From Picochlorum sp. SENEW3 (Eukaryota): 64,000 nucleotides of DNA. Under the pieces are notes generated by a model. It did not search any database and had not been told where the DNA came from. It saw nothing but the letters and a program-made list of their open reading frames with translations. Positions 57,561 through 64,000 of this stretch are shown piece by piece. Position 1 is the first letter of the stretch, and each line of letters begins with the position of its first letter. The translations under genes and the position numbers were made by a program. The stretch spans positions 558,001 to 622,000 of the forward strand of contig CP120462.1 of assembly GCA_034226945.1 (NCBI GenBank). The letters are read 5' to 3'.

Positions 57561-59058
57561 ATGAGTCCATTCACAGAAACATGACAGTGACAGATGAACT
57601 GCAGTCTCAGTTGAGCAGAAAACCACGATTGAAAAAATAAATCCATAAAGACGCATACATATTATCACCATCCTGTTTACGTTGTTGGACTCTTGCTGTC
57701 ACAGCCAAAATAGAAACCACTTGATGCCAAATTCCATACCATGTTTTAAATGTTGATATCATTCTGAGACAGAATGTAAAAAAGACCATGTACTTGCTTG
57801 CTTGCTTTCCATGATCAGGTCTGCACTAAAGCTTCATGATACACTATGACGACGCAAGCTGGATCAAAAGGTGACTGCCATGTTTGATTCAAGTTCGAAA
57901 AGAAAAACATGTGCTTTTCCTTATTACTAGGGATATTCATGGGACGGATCGATGGTCTTCTTGGGCATTCTTGGAATCAGATATTGGATTGATCAAAACA
58001 CTGGATTGACCAAGTAATGGAGTTTTCTTTCCCTGAGACAATACTCGGCATCTTGGCTGCAGATTTTGGATATTTAATCCTACGCACAACCTTTTAGTTT
58101 GATACTGTCCTATTAAGAAAATACCCAGTCTTTTGACCACGAGCTCGTGCCCTTTTCCGACGGCAATACCAAAGCCAGAGCATACACATATCTGTCTGTG
58201 GAGATCCAGGCGCTACATTCCATGCAACAGCTTTAACCACACAGACTGCAAATTTACTTGCATCGATAGCTGGGAATCTGATCGGAGCCGCCCAGGTCTC
58301 CCAATGACCACATGCACCAAGTTGTCAGATTGTCATCTAATGCAGTTGACTACCGTAGTAATACAACTTGGATGCGGTGATCGCAGTGCGATCCCACAGA
58401 TGAAATACACGAGCCCCAGTGTGATCGCAAACCTTCCTGTAGTGAAAGTCCCTTCATGCGCACAATTTCTTTCTGCTCGCACTTTTTTCCCCATGGACTG
58501 GCGTCTTCCCAATCTTTTGGTCACCAGCTGGTGGCACTGCAGAGATGCCGTAAAAAAAGTCGTTACATCCATGTAGATGTTCCTGGGTATTTCCAATACA
58601 TATATCACAAGCGATATGTATTCCAACGAACTCTGTCCATCCAAGATATGTGTTAGCCACGTAGGAAGGATTCATCATGCCAACTTTAACACCTTTGGAT
58701 CCAAGGTATCAATGTCTAGGATCAACATTCTCGGAGCCGACAACATCTCTTGGATCGGCTGCAGAATCTATTCTTCTGTGTCAGACACAGCTATGTTTTC
58801 ATAGCCTGGCATCGCCTCACGATGCCTGACCTAGACAACCACATATCTGGGTTGGAGCAATATGCCGTACATATTGCGGAGACGTAGCATCAAGGTAAAT
58901 TAGGCGCGCTTTCTGATCCGAGGTAGGTTCTTCATCGCATTCTGTCTTCATAACTCGCCGCAGCGTTACACGCCGCCCACACAAATATCGTTCTTGTACA
59001 TACACTCAGCGATCCTTTTTTGAAGGTATTTTTCCTCCAAAATCATTCATCAATGAGC

Positions 59059-60296
59059 ATGAAGTGGTCAGTTTTCGTCGTGTGTGCGGCGTTGCTCGCC
59101 TCCGTGGCAAGGGCTCAGGATCCAGGTATGCGATTGGGGTTTACGAGTATTTGCTGGTATTTTAAATACAATAGTTCTGCTCATCCGGATGCGGTGGAGC
59201 CACGTCATAGCGCGGGTCAACTTACCGGAAGCTACAATGTGTCAGCGCCAGATACCCCGCGGCAGATTTGCTCCGCGATCGCTGCCTACCTTGAGTGGCC
59301 ACTCAATGACCATTCAGGGGAGAGACGCGATCAATTGCTATACGGATTTTCAGCTGTTGAATATTTTTGAATTTATGGGGCGGCATAGAGCCGCATGAGT
59401 CACAAGAGCGCAGGTAGTATCAGACAAACTGAGAGTGTGCAATATTGTGCAGATGTGGCATTGGCTGCAAACCAAACTGAGGAACGCCTCTTGACATCTA
59501 TCAGAGACCCAATTATTTTGGATCGTACCGGTACGTTGCATATTAATGCAATCTTTTCGTCTCCTGATGGAAACATACAAATCAACATGGCATTCTGACT
59601 GACTCTGCCAATTCATATTGTCATTGTACAGGTGATGCCATCACGGTTGGATTCATCACGGGACCAAATCTTCCAAAGACCCAGTTTGTCGTCAAATGCG
59701 TTGCTGGAGACGGCGATTGCGACGCACCAGCACAGGGTGTTTCCGCCGAAGGAGAATTGCCTCTGAAAAAGGCTGAGATTGAGGCCACTGTAGAAGGTTT
59801 GGATCCAGATGCGGCATACTCTTGCTTTGTGGAAGCATTCTACAGGCCGACTGGAAAGCTCAACATTTGCAAGAAGGCTGCAGATCAAGAAGTATTCTCA
59901 GTCCGCGCGACATTTACATTTGACGGATTTGCCGATGCTGATGCATTCACTGCCGCTGACAGGGAACAACTCTGCATCAACTTGAACACTATTTCACCAG
60001 GTGGAATATGCGTCGTTGAAAAGGTCGAATCTGGTTCTGCCATTCCAACCGTCCGTAATGACTATACCACGCCAGAAGGAGCTACTCTGCTTGACGAGGG
60101 TCTGATTGCTTCTGGTACTTTTGTCCAAGAAACACTCGTCCAGGGGCTTTCTCAGCCAACTACTGTGACAGTTGATAGTATTGAGACTTCCGGAAACGTT
60201 CCACCACCACCTCCAGGATACTCACCAAACCCTCCACCCGCTAGAAGACTTAACAGAAGAAGACTGTTTGACATGAACAGTGACATCGGATTTTAA
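59059..60296 (+). CDS. secreted protein family paralogue C; exons 59059-59125, 59453-59530, 59632-60296
   Basis: Same exon structure and signal peptide as B; PPPPPGYSPNPPP then ARRLNRRRLFD. Confidence 0.85.
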
Positions 60297-60659
60297 AGCA
60301 AATCGTACCATGATAGCACTGTGCTACCAGTAGTTGTAGTGAAGAGAATACCACGATTGAACGAAAGACAGAACCACTGTATATAAAACCACACATGTTA
60401 GCATACCTGTTTTGTTGTATCGAAGACTGTTTTGATTACATACAGAAAAGGAACCACTCGATACCAAATTCCTGACCATATATTGATGTCCATACCATAT
60501 CATTCTGAGGAAGAATGTAAATCCAACCATCCATGATTTGTATTACATGCGTCGTTTGTGTAACAATGTAGATGCATATGAAGTATATATATTTGTGGAG
60601 AGTCAGTATGAGAGCAAGCAACAAACCATCATGGTAGATATTGATGCATGCATCTGTAT

Positions 60660-61508
60660 TCACTGCTCCATCACAATCTTTCGCTGAATTTCACGCAGTG
60701 CCTCTTGTTTTTCAATCAATACCTCTTCTTCCCTGTGCTTCACGTCCTGAGCGCGCTTGACAGCCTCAACAACTTGACCATGACAGTCAGCCACACATGC
60801 TTCCAATGTGGCAATTCTATCTCTACCGTCCTCCAAGGTAGAACACATCTCCCATGAAACCTTACCATGTACCATAGACCCCAACTCAGGCATGGAGTTC
60901 TCCGCTCTTCCATAAACCTGCTGCACCGAGTTGATGCAGTCATTCAACTGTTGCAAATCTGCAGGTCCCTGCATTGCCTGACGGCAGTACCTCATGGCCA
61001 TCTCAAGCAAAGCTCTGGCAGTATTCATCGACGCCATCTGAACATTATGGTTATGCAGACTTCCTTGAATATTATTGATCTCATCGTGAAGCTCTTGAAT
61101 CTTTGGATGCTCTCGCCACTCTGGCTGAGAAAAAATTGCCTGTAACAGTTGCTGCTCATCCTTTCTCAGACGCCTCAGGACGACGAGATCTTCTTTCAGA
61201 CTTGCTGATGTATTTTTAGACTCTTCCGTCTCAGAACTAAGCCTCGAGTACCGGTTTCGAGCATCGACAAGCTCTTTGGACTGAACCTCCGAAACTCTTG
61301 GACTCGTCGCCACAGTCTTCTCCACAAAGTCCAGCTTATCTCTCGCATCACTCACGATCCTCTCAAGCTTGCATATTTTAACATTATATTCGTTGGTTTT
61401 GTCCTCCAACCCAGTTTTCTCGAGCGCTTCTATCTGAGAGCGTAGGGTTTGCAAACGCTGCACGTCTGCCTCGTCAACGTGTCGATTTGCAGCTTGTACG
61501 TTTGTCAT
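60660..61508 (-). CDS. hypothetical coiled-coil protein
   Basis: 282-aa ORF rich in E/K/Q/L with heptad-like pattern; no recognised family. Confidence 0.7.
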   Translation of the reverse strand: MTNVQAANRHVDEADVQRLQTLRSQIEALEKTGLEDKTNEYNVKICKLERIVSDARDKLDFVEKTVATSPRVSEVQSKELVDARNRYSRLSSETEESKNTSASLKEDLVVLRRLRKDEQQLLQAIFSQPEWREHPKIQELHDEINNIQGSLHNHNVQMASMNTARALLEMAMRYCRQAMQGPADLQQLNDCINSVQQVYGRAENSMPELGSMVHGKVSWEMCSTLEDGRDRIATLEACVADCHGQVVEAVKRAQDVKHREEEVLIEKQEALREIQRKIVMEQ

Positions 61509-61708
61509 CACTTGGTATGAGTATATAAATATAATTTAATGTATTTATTGGAATTCCAGTCGGGGTTTTTGAAGAAGACGGTCACGATTGATGTCTGCGT
61601 CCATGGATGCACAACCTACCGCTCAATGGATCGAAGCGACCGTATCGCTGAATGCATGAAGTTTTCCTCCAAAGTTTGAGCCTCCCCAGGTATTCGTTAC
61701 AAACAATA

Positions 61709-63343
61709 ATGAATATAATTTCATTACGAAGCGTTTTTGTGGTTTTGGTGGCTATCGGGGTTGGGATATGGCCACGAACCAGGGAATTTTTGGGTCTGTT
61801 CCAACAGAGCTTTGGGTCTCCTGGAAACGATGAAACCTTGGCATTGTATTACGACGATATTGCAGAAAAGGAATCATGTTTGAATAGATTTACAGATGCA
61901 TTGAAATCTGCGACGATTGCAACAGTGGGGGCTCCCAATCACGTGTCGCCTGAAGCCAAAGGTGCTTTTGACTCTTTACACAAGGACTTGCAGAGGCATT
62001 TTCCGAGGGTATGGAAGTCACTGCGTGTCGATACGGTTCATGAGTATAGTCTTTTGATGGAATGGAAGGGGGCTGATCCCTCGCTTGATCCTATTGTTTT
62101 CATCTCTCACTTGGATGTGGTGCCAGCTACGGAACGAGTGGATGCGTGGACATATCCACCATTTTCTGGCACTGTTGCGCAGGGTTATGTTTGGGGTCGG
62201 GGATCTCTGGACACCAAATTTACTGCTGTTGCAATTCTGGAAGCTGTGAATCAATTACTGATCAAGGGTTTTGAGCCAAAGAGGTCGATTCTTATTGCCT
62301 TTGGGCATGATGAGGAAATTGGTGGACACAAGGGTGCCCAGGCTTTGGCCGACAAACTGGAGGGTGTGACTCCTGCATTGGTTGTTGATGAAGGCGGTTT
62401 CATCGTAGAGGACAATTTATCCCTCGGGAAGACCGTTTTGGCTCGAGGTCCTTTTGCTGTTCTGTCTACTGGGGAGAAGACTGCTCAGAATTGGAAGGTG
62501 ACTGTACGAGGGGAAGGTGGACATGCGTCCTTGCCGGATACGGGCTCGGGAAAGACAGTAGCAGCCAAATTAGCCAAGGTTATCGCTGCCCTTGAGGCCA
62601 ATCCCTTGCCGACAAAATTGGAGGCACCAACCACAGACCTACTGAAATCCATGGGTGAGGTGATGTCCTTCTGGCCATTAAGGTGGATTCTTCAGCATGC
62701 GGATCATCCACTCCTTAATCCTATAATGGGCCAGATGATGGGGTCTATGGGTGGGAAGACGTTGGGCGCACTTGTGAGATCCACTGTAGGGATTGTGAGT
62801 GTGCTCGCAGGTGGGAATGCAGACAATGTACTTCCTCAGGCAGGGTCGTTGAATATTAATGTGAGGACGTTACCATCAGACTCGAGAGAGTCGGTTCACC
62901 AGTATTTTGAAATGCTAACGAAAAGTATTGATGAGACTATCGAGATTGAGGACATCTCTGCAGTGGTGTATCCAGAGCAGACTGTGACACCATCAGACTC
63001 GAGCCAATTCAACATGGTCAAGGGAGTGGTTCAAGAAATTTTTAGCTATCGGACTGCTGAGAAAGGTGCTGAAAGAAAACATGGATCCATGCATCATGCA
63101 ATTCCCGTGTTTCCAATGCTGCTCACTGGAATGACTGATTCAAGGTGGTACCATCGGATTGCACCTGAAAAAATTATCAGGTTCTCGCCATTCAGTTTCA
63201 ATATTTCCCGGGGAGATCTTTCCATGTTACATGGAGTGAATGAAAAAGTTCCTGTCGAGGAATACTACGACGCGGTGCGATTCTTCTCCCGACTCATGTA
63301 CAAGTCAGCTGTGGACAAGGACCAGAGTTGGTCAACAACATGA
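61709..63343 (+). CDS. M20 family metallopeptidase/amidohydrolase (carboxypeptidase S / PM20D1-like)
   Basis: N-terminal hydrophobic anchor; SHLDVV, GRGSLDTK, HDEEIGG, VDEGG, GGHAS, TDSR, HGVNE; start could be 61652. Confidence 0.92.
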   Translation: MNIISLRSVFVVLVAIGVGIWPRTREFLGLFQQSFGSPGNDETLALYYDDIAEKESCLNRFTDALKSATIATVGAPNHVSPEAKGAFDSLHKDLQRHFPRVWKSLRVDTVHEYSLLMEWKGADPSLDPIVFISHLDVVPATERVDAWTYPPFSGTVAQGYVWGRGSLDTKFTAVAILEAVNQLLIKGFEPKRSILIAFGHDEEIGGHKGAQALADKLEGVTPALVVDEGGFIVEDNLSLGKTVLARGPFAVLSTGEKTAQNWKVTVRGEGGHASLPDTGSGKTVAAKLAKVIAALEANPLPTKLEAPTTDLLKSMGEVMSFWPLRWILQHADHPLLNPIMGQMMGSMGGKTLGALVRSTVGIVSVLAGGNADNVLPQAGSLNINVRTLPSDSRESVHQYFEMLTKSIDETIEIEDISAVVYPEQTVTPSDSSQFNMVKGVVQEIFSYRTAEKGAERKHGSMHHAIPVFPMLLTGMTDSRWYHRIAPEKIIRFSPFSFNISRGDLSMLHGVNEKVPVEEYYDAVRFFSRLMYKSAVDKDQSWSTT

Positions 63344-63352
63344 TTATCATTT

Positions 63353-64000
63353 TTATTTCTTGCTTTTCTTCGCCGTGGAACCATCAGACTCCATACTTCG
63401 CTTTTTGTTTTTTTCGTACGCCGCCTTCATCTTTGCAATGTTTTCCTTGTGCACCACTGCATGGTCAACAATTGGCTTTGGATAGTCAGTCCCAATGATG
63501 CATTGTGCAGTCTGCTGAACAGATAGGGGGGCAGTCCATGGCTCATAGATGTATTTTGACGGCATATCTTTCAATGCTGGAATATATTTTCGAATATAGT
63601 CTCCATTCTTATCATACTGCTTCCCAAATGATATGGGAGAGTACACCCTAAAGTATTGTGAGAAGAAGGCAGATGCTGACAGCCACATCCAGTTTCCATT
63701 GTTGAGTGCCCAATCTGCATCAAGCAGGTACTTTTCAAATACATCTCTACCCTCTTCCCAGCTACAGTACAGGTCACCACGGGTGAGAAAGCATGCCACG
63801 GAGTGTCGAGCAAGATGATGCATCCACCCCTCTTGGCGAAGCTGTGCCATGATGGCATCAATCCATGGAAAGCCCGTTCGACTGTGTTCCCACGCATCAA
63901 GGAATTCTTTATTATGCTTCCAGTCGATCTGCTTACATATGACATTGCCTTCCATTCTATCAAAGTTTGTAACATGTGTGCTGACACAGTAGAAGAACTC
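63353..64000 (-). CDS. UVR3: (6-4) photolyase / animal-like cryptochrome, C-terminal FAD-binding part (5' truncated by window edge)
   Basis: [63 protein letters not shown]. Confidence 0.95.
   Translation of the reverse strand, partial: EFFYCVSTHVTNFDRMEGNVICKQIDWKHNKEFLDAWEHSRTGFPWIDAIMAQLRQEGWMHHLARHSVACFLTRGDLYCSWEEGRDVFEKYLLDADWALNNGNWMWLSASAFFSQYFRVYSPISFGKQYDKNGDYIRKYIPALKDMPSKYIYEPWTAPLSVQQTAQCIIGTDYPKPIVDHAVVHKENIAKMKAAYEKNKKRSMESDGSTAKKSKK

Overview
Eukaryotic nuclear DNA from a very compact, intron-poor green-algal genome. Short GT-AG introns, TGTAA poly(A) signals, plastid transit peptides and gene content point to a chlorophyte, probably a Picochlorum-like trebouxiophyte (inference). 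About 35 protein-coding genes are visible. Most are housekeeping: Ap4A phosphorylase, P4H, HCCS, MSI1, two kinases, ARIA, malic enzyme, Sec8, SprT/GCNA, VAMP7, RING-CH ligase, OGT, CSB, eIF3g, ABCG, LeuD, RPL21, PRP4K, ALG12, an M20 peptidase and a (6-4) photolyase/aCRY. Two accessory islands of secreted-protein genes interrupt them. The first island (~5.9-11.6 kb) holds the most striking structure: two convergent genes for 14-cysteine secreted proteins. They share a 358-bp near-identical inverted repeat (promoter, 5'UTR intron and most of the signal peptide), their mature domains are highly divergent, and a PAN/Apple-like secreted gene lies between them. The second island (~53.7-60.6 kb) holds three tandem paralogues of a secreted FN3-like/SEA-like protein. 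Other notable items are an ankyrin-fused, bacterial-type cellulose-synthase-like GT2, a probably inactive JmjC (KDM7/JHD1-like) protein, and clusters of perfect palindromes in some intergenic regions. All family assignments come from motif recognition by eye; no searches were run.
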